DNA of 64,000 bases from the human T2T-CHM13v2.0 reference genome, Homo sapiens. The notes under the pieces were generated by a model, which saw only the letters and a list, made by a program, of their open reading frames with translations, was not told the DNA's origin and ran no database searches. Made by a program: the position numbers and the translations under genes. Shown here piece after piece: positions 28,901 to 44,269 of this stretch. Position 1 is the first letter of the stretch. Each line of letters begins with the position of its first letter. The stretch is taken from the NCBI RefSeq assembly GCF_009914755.1, contig NC_060933.1; one strand, written 5' to 3'.

Positions 28901-31900
28901 TCCATTCCATTCCATTCCATTCCATTCCATTCCACTCCATTCCAGTCCTTTCCATTCCATTCCACTCGGGTTGATTCCAATGTATTCCTTTCCATTCCAT
29001 TCCATTCCATTGCAATCGAGTTGATTCCATTGCTTTGCATTCCATTCCATTCCATTCCATTCCGGATGATTGCATTCCATTGCATTCCATTCCATTCCAT
29101 TCCCCTGCCCTCGGGTTGATTCCATTGCATTCCACTCCATTCCGTTCCATTCCATTCCATTCCATTGTATTCGGGTTAATTCCATTCCATTCCATTCCAT
29201 TCCATTCCATTCCATTCCAGTCCTTTCCATTCCATTCCACTCGGGTTGATTCCATTCTATTAGTTTCCATTCCATTCCATTCCCTTTCATTCCACTCTGG
29301 TTGATTCCATTCCTTTCCATTCCACTCGAATACATTCCCTCCTATTCCCTCGGAACAATTCCATTCCATTCCATTGCATTCTATTCCATTCCATACCATT
29401 TCGTTCCATTCCATTCTATTCCGTATCATTCCATTCCATTCCATTCCATTCCATTCCATTCCATTCCTTTGTACTCCGGTTGATTCCATTCCATTGCATT
29501 CCATTCCATTCCATTCCATTCCATTGCGTTGCATTCCATTCCATTACATTCGGATTGATTCTATTCAACTCCCTTACTCTCCATTACATTCCATTCCATT
29601 CGGGTTGTTCCATTCCATTCCATTCCATTACACTCCATTCCATTGCACTCGGGTTGATTCCATTCCATTCCATTCCATTCCATTCCATTCCGGATGATTC
29701 CATTCCATTGCATTCCGTTCCATTACATTCCCCTGCACTCGCGTTGATTCCATTCCATTCCATTCCATTCCATTCAATTTCATTCCATTACAATTCGTTC
29801 CATTCCATTCTATTCCGTACCATTCCATTCCATTCCATTCCAATCGAGTTGATTCCATTCCATTCCATTCCATTCCATTCCACTCCATTGCAGTCCTTTC
29901 CATTCCATTCCACTCGGGTTGATTCCAATGTATTCCTTTCCATTCCATTCCATTCCATTGCATTCCGTTCCATTACATTCCCCTGCACTCGCGTTGATTC
30001 CATTCCATTCCATTAAATTCCATTCCATTACAATTCGTTCCATTCCATTCTATTCCGTACCATTCCATTCCATTCCATTCCAATCGAGTTGATTGCATTC
30101 CATTCCATTCCATTCCATTCCACTCCATTCCAGTCCTTTCCTTTCCATTCCACTCGGGGTGATTCCAATGTATTCCTTTCCATTCCATTCCATTCCATTG
30201 CAATCGAGTTGATTCCATTGCTTTGCATTCCATTCCATTCCATTCCATTCCGGATGATTCCATTCCATTGCATTCCATTCAATTCCATTCCCCTGCAATC
30301 TGGTTGATTCCATTCCATTGCACTCCTTTCCGTACCATTCCATTCCATTCCATTCCATTGTATTCGGGTTAATTCCATTCCATTTCATTCCATTCCATTC
30401 CATTCCATTGCAATCGAGTTGATTCCATTCCATTTCATTCCATTCCATTCCATTACATTCCATTCCAATCGTGTTGATTCCATTCCATTTCATTCCATTC
30501 CATTCCATTCTATTCCATTCCAGTCCTTTCCATTCCATTCCACTCGGGTTGATTCCATTCTATTAGTTTCCATTCCATTCCATTCCCTTCCATTCCACTC
30601 TGGTTGATTCCATTCCTTTCCATTCCACTCGAATACATTCCCTCCTATTCTACTCGGAACGATTCCATTCCATTCCATTCCATTCCATTCCATTCCATTC
30701 CATTCCATTCCATTCCATTTCGTTCCATTCCATTCTGTTTCGTATCATTCCATTCCATTCCATTCCATTCCCTTCCATTCCATTCCATTACATTCCACTC
30801 GTGTTGATTCCATTCCTTTCCATTCCATTCGGTTTGAAGGCATTCCATTCCATTCCATTCCATTCCATTCCATTCCATTGTACTCGGGTTGATTCCATTC
30901 CATTGCATTCCATTCCATTCCAATCCGTTGCATTCCATTCCATTACATTCGGATTGATTCTATTCAACTCCCTTACTCTCCATTACATTCCATTCCATTC
31001 GGGTTGTTCCATTCCATTCCATTCCATTCCACTCCATTCCATTGCACTCGGGTTGATTGCATTCCATTCCATTCCATTCCATTCCATTCCATTCCATTCC
31101 GGATGATTCCGTTCCATTGCATTCCGTTCCATTACATTCCCCTGCACTCGCGTTGATTCCATTCCATTCCATTCCATTCCATTCCATTCCATTCCATTCC
31201 GTTCCGTTCCATTCCGTTCCATTGCATTCCATTCCATTCTATTCGGGTTAATTCCATTCCATTCCATTCGATTGCAATCGAGTTGATTCCATTCCATTCC
31301 ATTCCATTCCGTTCCGTTCCATTCCATTCCATTCCATTCTATTCGGGTTAATTCGATTCCATTCCTTTCCATTCCATTCCATTCCATTCCAATCGAGTTG
31401 ATTCCATTCCATTCCATTCCATTCCATTCCACTCCATTCCAGTCCTTTCCATTCCATTACACTCGGGTTGATTCCGTTCTATTCCTTTCCATTCCATTCC
31501 ATTCCATTGCAATCGAGTTGATTCCATTGCTTTGCATTCCATTCCATTCCATTCCATTCCGGATGATTCCATTCCATTGCGTTCCATTCCATTCCATTCC
31601 CCTGCACTCGGGTTGATTCCATTCCATTCCACTCCATTCCGTTCCATTCTAGTCCATTCCATTGTATTCGGGTTAATTCCATTCCATTCCATTCCATTCC
31701 ATTCCATTACAATGTAGTTGATTCCATTCAATTCCATTCCATTCAATTCCATTCCAGTCCTTTCCATTCCATTCCACTCGGGTTGATTCCATTCTATTAG
31801 TTTCCATTCCATTCCATTCCCTTCCATTCCAATCTGGTTGATTCCATTCCTTTCCATTCCACTCGAATACATTCCCTCCTATTCCACTCAGAACGATTCC

Positions 31901-34110
31901 ATTCCATTCCATTCCATTCCATTCCATTCCATTCCATTCCATTCCATTCCAGTTCGTTCCATTCCATTCTATTCCGTACCATTCTATTCCATTCCATTCC
32001 TTTCCATTCCATTCCATTCCACTCGTGGTGATTCCATTCCTTTCCATTCCATTCGGTTTGAAGGCATTCCATTCCATTCCATTCCATTCCATTCCATTCC
32101 CTTCCATTCCATTCCATTCCATTCCATTGTACTCGAGTTGATTCCATTCCATTGCATTCAATTCCATTCCATTCCATTCCATTGTACTCGAGTTGATTCC
32201 ATTCCATTGCATTCCATTCCATTCCATTCCATTCCATTCCGTTGCATTCCATTCCATTACATTCGGATTGATTCTATTCAACTCCCTTACTCTCCATTAC
32301 ATTACATTCCATTCGGGTTGTTCCATTCCATTCCATTCCATTCCACTCCATTCCATTGCACTCGGGTTGATTCCATTCCATTCCATTCCATTCCATTCCA
32401 TTCCATTCCGCGTGATTCCATTCCATTGCATTCCGTTCCATTACATTCCCCTGCACTCGCGTTGTTTCCATTCCATTCCATTCCATTCAATTCCATTCCA
32501 TTGCAATTCGTTCCATTCCATTCTATTCCGTACCATTCCATTCCATTACATACCATTCCATTCCATTCCATTCCATTCCGTTCCGTTCTGTTCCTTTCCA
32601 TTCCATTCCATTCTATTCGGATTAATTCCATTCCATTCCATTCCATTCCATTCTATTCCATTCCATTGCAATCGAGATGAATCCATTGCATTTCATTCCA
32701 TTCCATTCCATTCCATTCCATTCCGGAAGTTTCCATTCCATTGCATTCCATTCCATTCCATTCCCCTGCACTCGCGTTGATTCCATTCCATTCCATTCCA
32801 TTCCATTCCATTCCGTTCCGTTCAATTCCATTCCATTCCATTCCATTCCCCTGCACTCGCGTTGATTCCATTCCATTCCATTCCATTCCATTCCATTCCG
32901 TTCCGTTCAATTCCATTCCATTCCATTCCATTCCATTCCATTCCATTCCGTTCCATTCCATTCCATTCCATTCCATTCTATTCGGGTTAATTCCATTCCA
33001 TTCCATTCGATTGCAATCGAGTTGATTCCATTCCATTCCATTCCATTCCATTCCATTCCATTCCATTCCATTCCATTCCATTCTATTCCGTACCATTCTA
33101 TTCCATCCCATTCCATTCCGTTCCATTCCATGCCATTACACTCGGGTTGAATCCATTCCTTTCCATTCCATTCTTGTTGAATCCATTCCATTCCAGTCCA
33201 TTCCATTCGAATCCATTCCATTGCACTCGGGTTGATTCCATTCCATTCCATTCCATTCCAGTCCTTTCCATTCCATTCCACTCGGGTTGATTCCATTCTA
33301 TTAGTTTCCATTCCATTCCATTCTCTTCCATTCCACTCTGGGTGATTCCATTCCTTTCCATTCCACTCGAATACATTCCCTCCTATTCCACTCGGAACGA
33401 TTCCATTCCATTCCATTCCATTCCATTCCATTCCATTCCATTCCATTCCATTCCATTCCATTTCGTTCCATTACATTCTATTCCGTATCATTCCATTGCA
33501 TTCCATTCCATTCCATTCCATTCCATTCCACTCGTGTTGATTCCATTCCTTTCCATTCCATTCGCTTTGAAGGCATTCCATTCCATTCCATTCCATTCCA
33601 TTCCATTCCATTGTACTCGGGTTGATTCCATTCCATTGCATTCCATCCCATTCCATTCCATTCCAATCCGTTGCATTGCATTCCATTACATTCGGATTGA
33701 TTCTATTCAACTCCCTTACTCTCCATTACATTCCATTCCATTCGGGTTGTTCCATTTCATTCCATTCCATTCCACTCCATTCCATTGCACTCGGGTTGAT
33801 TCCATTCCTTTCCATTCCATTCCATTCCATTCCGGATGATTCCATTCCATTGCATTCCGTTCCATTACATTCCCCTGCACTCGCGTTGATTCCATTCCAT
33901 TCCATTCCATTCCATTCCATTCCATGCCATTACAATTCGTTCCATTCCATTCTATTCCGTACCATTCCATTCCATTCCATACCATTCCATTCCATTCCAT
34001 TCCATTCCATTCCATTCCATTCCATTCCATTTCGTTCCATTCCGTTCCATTCCATTCCATTCCATTCTATTCGGGTTAATTCCATTCCATTCCATTCCAT
34101 TCCATTCCAT
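22845..34110 (+). repeat. Tandem duplication of a ~5.6 kb unit (copy 1 ~22845-28440, copy 2 ~28440-34060)
   Basis: Identical ORF pairs at offsets 5595-5615 throughout (23000/28595, 24028/29628, 25738/31348, 26659/32274, 28111/33726). Shared private variants TCTGGCAGATT, TCCCTCGGAACAATT, TACAATGTAGTTG. Confidence 0.95.
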
Positions 34111-37059
34111 TCCATTCCATTCCATTCCAATCTATTCCATTCCATTGCAATCGAGTTGAATCCATTGCATTTCATTCCATTCCATTCCATTCCATTCCAT
34201 TGCAATCGAGTTGAATCCATTGCATTTCATTCCATTCCATTCCATTCCATTCCATTCCGGAAGATTCCATTCCATTGCATTCCATTCCATTCCATTCCCC
34301 TGCACTCGCGTTGATTCCATTCCATTCCATTCCATTCCATTCCATTCCATTCCGTTCCGTTCCGTTCCGTTCCGTTCCATTTCATTCCATTCCATTCCAT
34401 TCCATTCCATTCCATTCCGTTCCGTTCCATTCCATTCCATTCCATTCTATTCGGGTTAATTCCATTCCATTCCATTCGATTGCAATGGAGTTGATTCCAT
34501 TCCATTCCATTCCATTCCATTCCATTCCATTCCAATCGAGTTGATTCCATTCCATTCCATTCCATTCCATTCCACTCCATTCCAGTCCTTTCCATTCCAT
34601 TCCACTCGGGTTGATTCCATTCTATTCCTTTCCATTCCATTCCATTCCATTGCAATCGAGTTGATTCCATTGCTTTGCATTCCATTCCATTCCATTCCAT
34701 TCCGGATGATTCCATTCCATTGCATTCCATTCCATTCCATTTCCCTGCACTCGGGTTGATTCCATTCCATTCCACTCCATTCCCTTGCATTCCATTCCAT
34801 TCCATTGTATTCGAGTTAATTCCATTCCATGCCATTTCATTCCATTCCATTCCATTCCATTCCATTATATTACAATCGAGTTGATCATTCCATTCCATTC
34901 CATTCCAGTCCTTTCCATTCCATTCCACTCGGGTTGATTCCATTCTATTAGTTTCCATTCCATTCCATTCCCTTCCATTCCACTCTGGTTGATTCCATTC
35001 CTTTCCATTCCACTCGAATACATTCCCTCCTATTCCACTCGGAACGATTCCATTCCATTCCTTTCCATTCCATTCCATTCCATTCCATTCCATTTCCTTC
35101 CATTCCATACTATTCCGTACCATTCCATTCCATTCCATTCCTTTCCATTCCATTCCATTCCATTCCACTCTTGTTGATTCCATTCCTTTCCATTCCATTC
35201 GGTTTGAAGGCATTCCATTCCATTCCGTTCCATTCCATTCCATTCCATTCCATTCCATTCCATTGTACTCGGGTTGATTCCATTCCATTTCATTCCATTC
35301 CATTCCATTCCATTCCATTCCATTCCGTTGCATTCCATTCCATTACATTCGGACTGATTCTATTCAACTCTCTTACTCTCCATTCCATTCCATTCCATTC
35401 GGGTTGTTCCATTCCATTCCATTCCATTCCACTCCATTCCATTGCACTCGGGTTGATTCCATTCCATTCCATTCCATACCTTTCCATTCCATTCCATTCC
35501 GTTCCATTCCGTTCCATTCCATTCCATTCCATTCCATTCCATTCCATTCCGTGCCATTCCATTCCATTACATTCGGATTGATTCTATTCAATTCCCTTAC
35601 ACTCCATTACATTCCATTCCATTCGGGTAGTTTCCATTCCATTCCTCTCCATTCCATTGCACTCGGGTTGATTCCATTCCTTTCCATTCCATTCCGGAAG
35701 ATTCCATTCCATTGCATTCCATTACATTCCATTCCCCTGCACTCGCTTTGATTCCATTCCATTCCATTCCATTCCATTGCGTTCCATTGCATTCCATTGC
35801 ATTCCATTCCCCTGCACTCAGGTTGATTCCATTCCATTCCATTCCATTCCATTCCATTCCATTCCATTCCATTCCATTCTATTCGCGTTAATTCCATTCC
35901 ACTCCATTCCATTACATTCCATTGCAATGGACTTGATTCCATTCCATTCCATTCCATTCCATTCAAGTCCTTTCCATTCCATTCCACTCGTGTTGATTCC
36001 ATTTTATTAGTTTCCATTCCATTCCATTCCCTTCCATTCCACTCTGGTTGATTCCATTCCTTTCCATTCCACTCGAATTCATTCCCTTCTATTCCACTCG
36101 GAATGATTCCATTCCATTCCGTTCCATTCCATTCCATTCCATTCCATTTCGTTCCATTCCATTTTATTCCGTACCATTCCATTCCATTCCATTCCATTCC
36201 ATTCCATTCCATTCCATTCCATGCCATTCCACTCGGGTTGATTCCATTGCTTTCCATTCCATTTGGGTTGAATCCATTCCATTCCATTCCATTCCATTCC
36301 ATTCCATTCCATTCAATTGCACTAGGTTTGATTCCATTCCACTGCATTCCATTCCATTCCATTCCATTCCATTCCATTCCCCTGCACTCGGGTTCATTCC
36401 ATTCCATTCCATTTACTTCCATTCCATTCCATTCCATTCTATTACATTCTATTCGGATTAATTCCATTCCATTCCATTCCATTCCATTCCATTCCATTCC
36501 ATTCCATTCCATTGCAATCGAGTTGATTCCATTCCATTCCATTCCATTCCGGATGATTCCATTCCATTGCCTTCAATTCCATTCCATTCCCCTGCACTCG
36601 GGTTGATTCCATTCCATTCCATTCCATTCCATTCCATTCCATTCCATTTCATTCCGTTCCATTCTATTCCATTCCATTCCATTCCATTCCATTCCATTCC
36701 ATTCCATTCCATTGAAATCGAGTTGATTCCATTCCATTCCATTCCATTCCATTCCATTCCATTCCATTCTATTCGGGTTAATTCCATTCCATTCCATTCC
36801 ATTCCATTCCATTCCATTCCATTCCATTCCATTCCATTGCAATCGAGTTGATTCCATTCCATTCCATTCAATTCCGGATGATTCCATTCCATTGCCTTCA
36901 ATTCCATTCCATTCCCCTGCACTCGGGTTGATTCCATTCCATTCCATTCCATTTCATTCCATTCCATTTCGTTCCATTCCATTATATTCCGTACCATTCC
37001 ATTCCATTCCTTTCCATACCATTCCATTCCATTCCATTCCATTCCATTCCATTCCATTT

Positions 37060-40000
37060 CATTCCATTCCATTTCGTTCCATTCCATTTTATTCTGTACT
37101 ATTCCATTCCATTCCATTCTATTCCATTCCATTCCATTGCATTCCATTCCACTCCATTCCATGCCATTCCACTCGGGTTGATTCCTTTCCCTTCCATTCC
37201 ATTCGAGTTGAATCCATTCCATTCCATTCCATTCCATTCCATTCCATTCCATTCCATTCCATTCCATTGCACACGGGTTCATTCCATTCCATTCCATTCC
37301 ATTCCATTCCATTCTATTCCATTCCATTTCGTTCCATTCCATTCTATTCTGTACCATTCCATTCCATTCAATTCCACTCCATTCCATGCCATTCCACTCG
37401 GGTTTATTCCATTTCTTTTCATTCCATTCGGGTTGAATCCATTCCATTCCATTCCATTCCATTCCTTTCGATTCCATTACATTGCACTCGGGATGATTCC
37501 ATTCCATTCCATTCCATCCTATTCCATTCCATTCCATGACACTCCACTCGGGTTGATTCCATTCCTTTCCATTCCATTCGAGTTGAACCCATTCCATTCC
37601 ATTCCACTCCATTCCATTCCATTCCATTCCACTCTATTCCATTCCATTCCATTCCATTCCATTCCATTCCATTCCATTGCACACGATTTCATTCCACTCC
37701 ATTCCATTCCATTCCATTCCATTCCATTCCATTTCGCTCCATTCCATTCTATTCCGTACCATTCCATTCCATTCCATTCCATTCCATTCCATTCCATTCC
37801 ATGCCATTCTACTCGGGTTGATTCCATTCCTTTCCATTCCATTCGAGTTGAACTCATTCCATTCCATTCCATTCCATTCCATTCCATTCCATTCCATTGC
37901 ACACGGGTTCATTTCATTCCATTCCATTCCATTCCATTCCATTCCATTCCATTTCGTTCCATTCCATTCTATTCCATACCATTCCATTCCATTCCATTCC
38001 ATTAGACTCCATTCCATGCCATTCCACTCGGGTTTATTCCATTCCTTTCCATTCCATTCGGGTTGAATCCATTCCATTCCATTCCATTCCATTCCATTCG
38101 ATTCCATTACATTGCACTCGTGTTGTTTCCATTCCATTCCATTCCATTCCATTCCATTCCATTCCATTCCATTCCATTCCATTCCATTCCATGCCATTCC
38201 ACTCGGGTTGATTCCATTCCATTCCATTCCATTCGAGTCGAACCCATTCCATTCCATTCCATTCCATTCCATTCCATTCCATTCCATTGCACACGGTTTC
38301 ATTCCATTCCATTCCATTCCATTCTATTCCATTTCGTTCCATTCCATTCTATTCCGTACCATTCCATTCCATTCCATTCCATTCCACTCCATTTCATTCC
38401 ATTCCATGCCATTCCACTGGGGTTTATTACATTCCTTTCCATTCCATTCGGGTTGAATCCATTCCTTTCCATTCCATTCAGTTCAATTCCATTCCATTGC
38501 ACTCGGGTTGATTCCATTCCATTCCATGCCATTCCATTTCATTCCGTTCCATTCCATTCCATTACATTCGGATTGATTCTTTTTAATTCCCTTACACTCC
38601 ATTACATTCCATTCCATTCGGGTAGTTTCCATTCCATTCGATTCCATTACACTCCATTGCATTGCACTCGGGTTGATTGATTCCATTCCATTGCATTCCA
38701 TTCCATTCAATTCCATTCCGGGTGATTCCATTCCATTGCATTCCATTCCATTGCATTCCCCTGCACTCTGGTTGATTCCATTCCATTCCATTCCATTCCA
38801 TTTCGTTCCATTCCATTTTATTCTGTACTATTCCATTCCATTCCATTCTATTCCATTCCATTCCATTGCATTCCATTCCACTCCATTCCATGCCATTCCA
38901 CTCGGGTTGATTCCTTTCCCTTCCATTCCATTCGAGTTGAATCCATTCCATTCCATTCCATTCCATTCCATTCCATTCCATTCCATTCCATTGCACACGG
39001 GTTCATTCCATTCCATTCCATTCCATTCCATTCCATTCTATTCCATTCCATTTCGTTCCATTCCATTCTATTCTGTACCATTCCATTCCATTCAATTCCA
39101 CTCCATTCCATGCCATTCCACTCGGGTTTATTCCATTTCTTTTCATTCCATTCGGGTTGAATCCATTCCATTCCATTCCATTCCATTCCTTTCGATTCCA
39201 TTACATTGCACTCGGGATGATTCCATTCCATTCCATTCCATCCTATTCCATTCCATTCCATGACACTCCACTCGGGTTGATTCCATTCCTTTCCATTCCA
39301 TTCGAGTTGAACCCATTCCATTCCATTCCACTCCATTCCATTCCATTCCATTCCACTCTATTCCATTCCATTCCATTCCATTCCATTCCATTCCATTCCA
39401 TTGCACACGATTTCATTCCACTCCATTCCATTCCATTCCATTCCATTCCATTCCATTTCGCTCCATTCCATTCTATTCCGTACCATTCCATTCCATTCCA
39501 TTCCATTCCATTCCATTCCATTCCATGCCATTCTACTCGGGTTGATTCCATTCCTTTCCATTCCATTCGAGTTGAACTCATTCCATTCCATTCCATTCCA
39601 TTCCATTCCATTCCATTCCATTGCACACGGGTTCATTTCATTCCATTCCATTCCATTCCATTCCATTCCATTCCATTTCGTTCCATTCCATTCTATTCCA
39701 TACCATTCCATTCCATTCCATTCCATTAGACTCCATTCCATGCCATTCCACTCGGGTTTATTCCATTCCTTTCCATTCCATTCGGGTTGAATCCATTCCA
39801 TTCCATTCCATTCCATTCCATTCGATTCCATTACATTGCACTCGTGTTGTTTCCATTCCATTCCATTCCATTCCATTCCATTCAATGCCATTCCACTCGG
39901 GTTGATTCCATTCCATTCCATTCCATTCGAGTCGAACCCATTCCATTCCATTCCATTCCATTCCATTCCATTCCATTCCATTCCATTGCACACGGTTTCA

Positions 40001-40500
40001 TTCCATTCCATTCCATTCCATTCTATTCCATTTCGTTCCATTCCATTCTATTCCGTACCATTCCATTCCATTCCATTCCATTCCACTCCATTTCATTCCA
40101 TTCCATGCCATTCCACTGGGGTTTATTACATTCCTTTCCATTCCATTCGGGTTGAATCCATTCCTTTCCATTCCATTCAGTTCAATTCCATTCCATTGCA
40201 CTCGGGTTGATTCCATTCCATTCCATGCCATTCCATTTCATTCCGTTCCATTCCATTCCATTACATTCGGATTGATTCTTTTTAATTCCCTTACACTCCA
40301 TTACATTCCATTCCATTCGGGTAGTTTCCATTCCATTCGATTCCATTACACTCCATTGCATTGCACTCGGGTTGATTGATTCCATTCCATTGCATTCCAT
40401 TCCATTCAATTCCATTCCGGATGATTCCATTCCATTGCATTCCATTCCATTGCATTCCCCTGCACTCTGGTTGATTCCATTCCATTCCATTCCATTCCAT
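37060..40500 (+). repeat. Tandem duplication of a ~1.7 kb unit (37060-38790; 38790-40500)
   Basis: Private variants TTTTATTCTGTACT, ATGACACTCC, ATTAGACTCC, CGAGTCGAACCC, GTTGATTGATTCC each recur at offsets ~1699-1729; ORFs 37419/39143 and 38299/39998 are identical. Confidence 0.93.
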
Positions 40501-40609
40501 TCCGTTCCATTCCATTGCATTCCATTCCATTCCATTCCATTCCATTCTGTTCAGGTTAATTCCAATCCATTCCATTCCCTTCCATTCCATTCCATTCCAT
40601 TCCATTCCA

Positions 40610-43590
40610 TTCCATTCCATTGCAATCTAGTTGATTCCATTGCATTCCATTCCATTCCATTGCATTCCATTGCATTCCATTCCCCTGCACTCAGGTTGAT
40701 TCAATTCCATTCCATTCCATTCCATTCCATTCCATTCTATTCGGGTTAATTCCATTCCATTCCATTCCCTTACATTCCATAGCAATCGAGTTGATTCCAT
40801 TCCATTCCATTCCATTCCATTCCATTCCATTCCATTCAAGTCCTTTCCATTCCATTCCACTCGTTTTCATTCCATTTTATTAGTTTCCATTGCATTCCAT
40901 TCCCTTCCATTCCACTCTGGTTGATTCCATTCCTTTCCATTCCACTCGAATTCATTCCCTTCTATTCCACTCGGAATGATTGCATTCCATTCCATTCCAT
41001 TCCATTCCATTCCATTCCATTCCATTTCGTTCCATTGCATTCTATTCCGTACCATTCCATTCCATTCCATTCCATGCCATTCCACTCGGGTTGATTCCAT
41101 GGCTTTCCATTCCATTTGGGTTGAATCCATTCCATTCCATTCCATTCCATTCCATTCCATTCCATTCCATTCTATTCCATTGCACTAGGTTTGATTCCAT
41201 TCCACTGCATTCCATTCCATTCCATTCCATTCCGTTCCATTCCATTCCATTCCATTACATTCGGATTGATTGTATTCAATTCCCTTACACTCCATTTCAT
41301 TCCATTCCATTCAGGTTGTTTCCATTCCATTCCAATCCATTCCACTCCATTCCATTGCACTCGGGTTGATTGCATTCCATTCCATTCCATTCTATTCCAT
41401 TTCCTTCCATTCCATTCTATTCGGTACCATTCCATTCCATTCCATTCCAATCCATTCCATTCCATGCCATTCCAGTTGGGTTGATTCCCTTCCTTTCCAT
41501 TCCATTCGGGTTGAATCCATTCCATTCCATTCCATTCCATTCCATTCCATTGCACACGGGTTGGTTCCATTCCGTTCCTCTCCGTTCCGTTCCAGATGAC
41601 TCCATTCCATTGCATTCCATTCCATTCCATTCCATTGCCCTGCACTCGGGTTCATTACCTTCCATTCCATTTACTTCCATTCCATTCCATTCCATTCTAT
41701 TCGGGTTAATTCCATTCCATTCCATGCCATTCCATTCCATTCCATTCCATTCCATTGCAATCGAGTTGATTCCATTCCATTCCATTCAATTCCGGATGAT
41801 TCCATTCCATTGCCTTCAATTTCATTCCATTCCCCTGCACTCGGGTTGATTCCATTCCATTCCATTCCATTCCGTTCCATTTCATTCCATTCCATTTCGT
41901 TCCTTTCCATTCTATTCCGTACCATTCCATTCCATTCCATTCCATTCCATTCCATTCCATTCCATTCCATGCCATTCCACTCGGGTTGATTCCATTCCTT
42001 TCCATTCCATTCGACTTCAATCCATTCCAATCCATTCCATTCCATTCGATTCCATTCTATTGCACACGGGTTCATTCCATTCCATTCCATTCCATTCCAT
42101 TCCATTCCATTCCATTGCAATCTAGTTGATTCCATTGCATTCCATTCCATTGCATTGCATTCCATTGCATTCCATTCCCCTGCACTCAGGTTGATTCCAT
42201 TCCATTCCATTCCATTCCATTCCATTCTATTCGGGTTAATTCCATTCCATTCCATTCCCTTACATTCCATAGCAATCGAGTTGATTCCATTCCATTCCAT
42301 TCCATTCCATTCCATTCCATTCCATTCCAGTCCTTTCCATTCCATTCCACTCGTTTTCATTCCATTTTATTAGTTTCCATTCCATTCCATTCCCTTCCAT
42401 TCCACTCTGGTTGATTCCATTCCTTTCCATTCCACTCGAATTCATTCCCTTCTATTCCACTCGGAATGATTGCATTCCATTCCATTCCATTCCATTCCAT
42501 TCCATTCCATTCCATTCCATTTCGTTCCATTGCATTCTATTCCGTACCATTCCATTCCATTCCATTCCATGCCATTCCACTCGGGTTGATTCCATGGCTT
42601 TCCATTCCATTTGGGTTGAATCCATTCCATTCCATTCCATTCCATTCCATTCCATTCCATTCTATTCCATTGCACTAGGTTTGATTCCATTCCACTGCAT
42701 TCCATTCCATTCCATTCCATTCCATTCCATTACATTCGGATTGATTGTATTCAATTCCCTTACACTCCATTTCATTCCATTCCATTCAGGTTGTTTCCAT
42801 TCCATTCCAATCCATTCCACTCCATTCCATTGCACTCGGGTTGATTGCATTCCATTCCATTCCATTCTATTCCATTTCCTTCCATTCCATTCTATTCAGT
42901 ACCATTCCATTCCATTCCATTCGAATCCATTCCATTCCATGCCATTCCACTTGGGTTGATTCCCTTCCTTTCCATTCCATTCGGGTTGAATCCATTCCAT
43001 TCCATTCCATTCCATTCCATTCCTTTCCATTCCATTGCACACGGGTTGGTTCCATTCCGTTCCTCTCCTTTCCATTCCAGATGACTCCATTCCATTGCAT
43101 TCCATTCCATTCCATTCCATTGCCCTGCACTCGGGTTCATTACCTTCCATTCCATTTACTTCCATTCCATTCCATTCCATTCTATTCGGGTTAATTCCAT
43201 TCCATTCCATTCCATTCCATTCCATTCCATTCCATTCCATTGCAATCGAGTTGATTCCATTCCATTCCATTCAATTCCGGATGATTCCATTCCATTGCCT
43301 TCAATTCCATTCCATTCCCCTGCACTCGGGTTGATTCCATTCCATTCCATTCCATTCCGTTCCATTTCATTCCATTCCATTTCGTTCCTTTCCATTCTAT
43401 TCCGTACCATTCCATTCCATTCCATTCCATTCCATTCCATTCCATTCCATGCCATTCCACTCGGGTTGATTCCATTCCTTTCCATTCCATTCGAGTTCAA
43501 TCCATTCCAATCCATTCCATTCCATTCGATTCCATTCTATTGCACACGGGTTCATTCCATTCCATTCCATTCCATTCCATTCCATTCCAT
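40610..43590 (+). repeat. Tandem duplication of a ~1.49 kb unit (40610-42105; 42105-43590)
   Basis: TGCAATCTAGTTG (40621/42116), CATAGCAATCG, TCGTTTTCAT, CCATGGCTTTCC, CAGATGACTCC recur at offsets ~1475-1495. Confidence 0.9.
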
Positions 43591-44269
43591 TCCATTTCCT
43601 TCTATTCCATTCTATTCCGTACCATTCCATTCCATTCCATTCCACTCCATTCCATGCCATTCCACTCGGGTTTATTCCATTCCTTTCCATTCCATTCTGG
43701 TTGAATCCATTCCATTCCATTCCATTCCATTCGATTCCATTACATTGCACTCGGGTTGATTCCATTCCATTCCATTCCTTTACATTTCATTCCATTCCAC
43801 TCCATTCCATGCCATTGCACGCGGGTTTATTCCATTCCTTTCCATTACATTCGTGTTGAATCCATTCCATTCCATTCCATTCCATTCGATTCCATTACAC
43901 TGCACTCGGGTTGATTCCATTCCATTCCATTACATTACATTTCATTCCATTCCATTCCATTCCATTCCATTCCATTCCATTCCATTCCATGCCATTCCAC
44001 TCGTGTTGATTCCATTCCTTTCCATTCCATTCGAGTTGAACCCATTCCATTCCATTCCATTGCACACGGGTTCATTCCATTCCATTCCATTCCATTCCGT
44101 TCCATTCCATTCCGTTCCATTCCATTCCATTCCATTCTGTTCAGGTTAATTCCATTCTATTCCTTTCCCTTCCATTCCATTCCATTCCATCCCATTGCAG
44201 TCGAGTTGATTCCATTGCATTCCATTCCATTACATTCCATTGCATTCCATTCCATTCCATTCCATTCCA

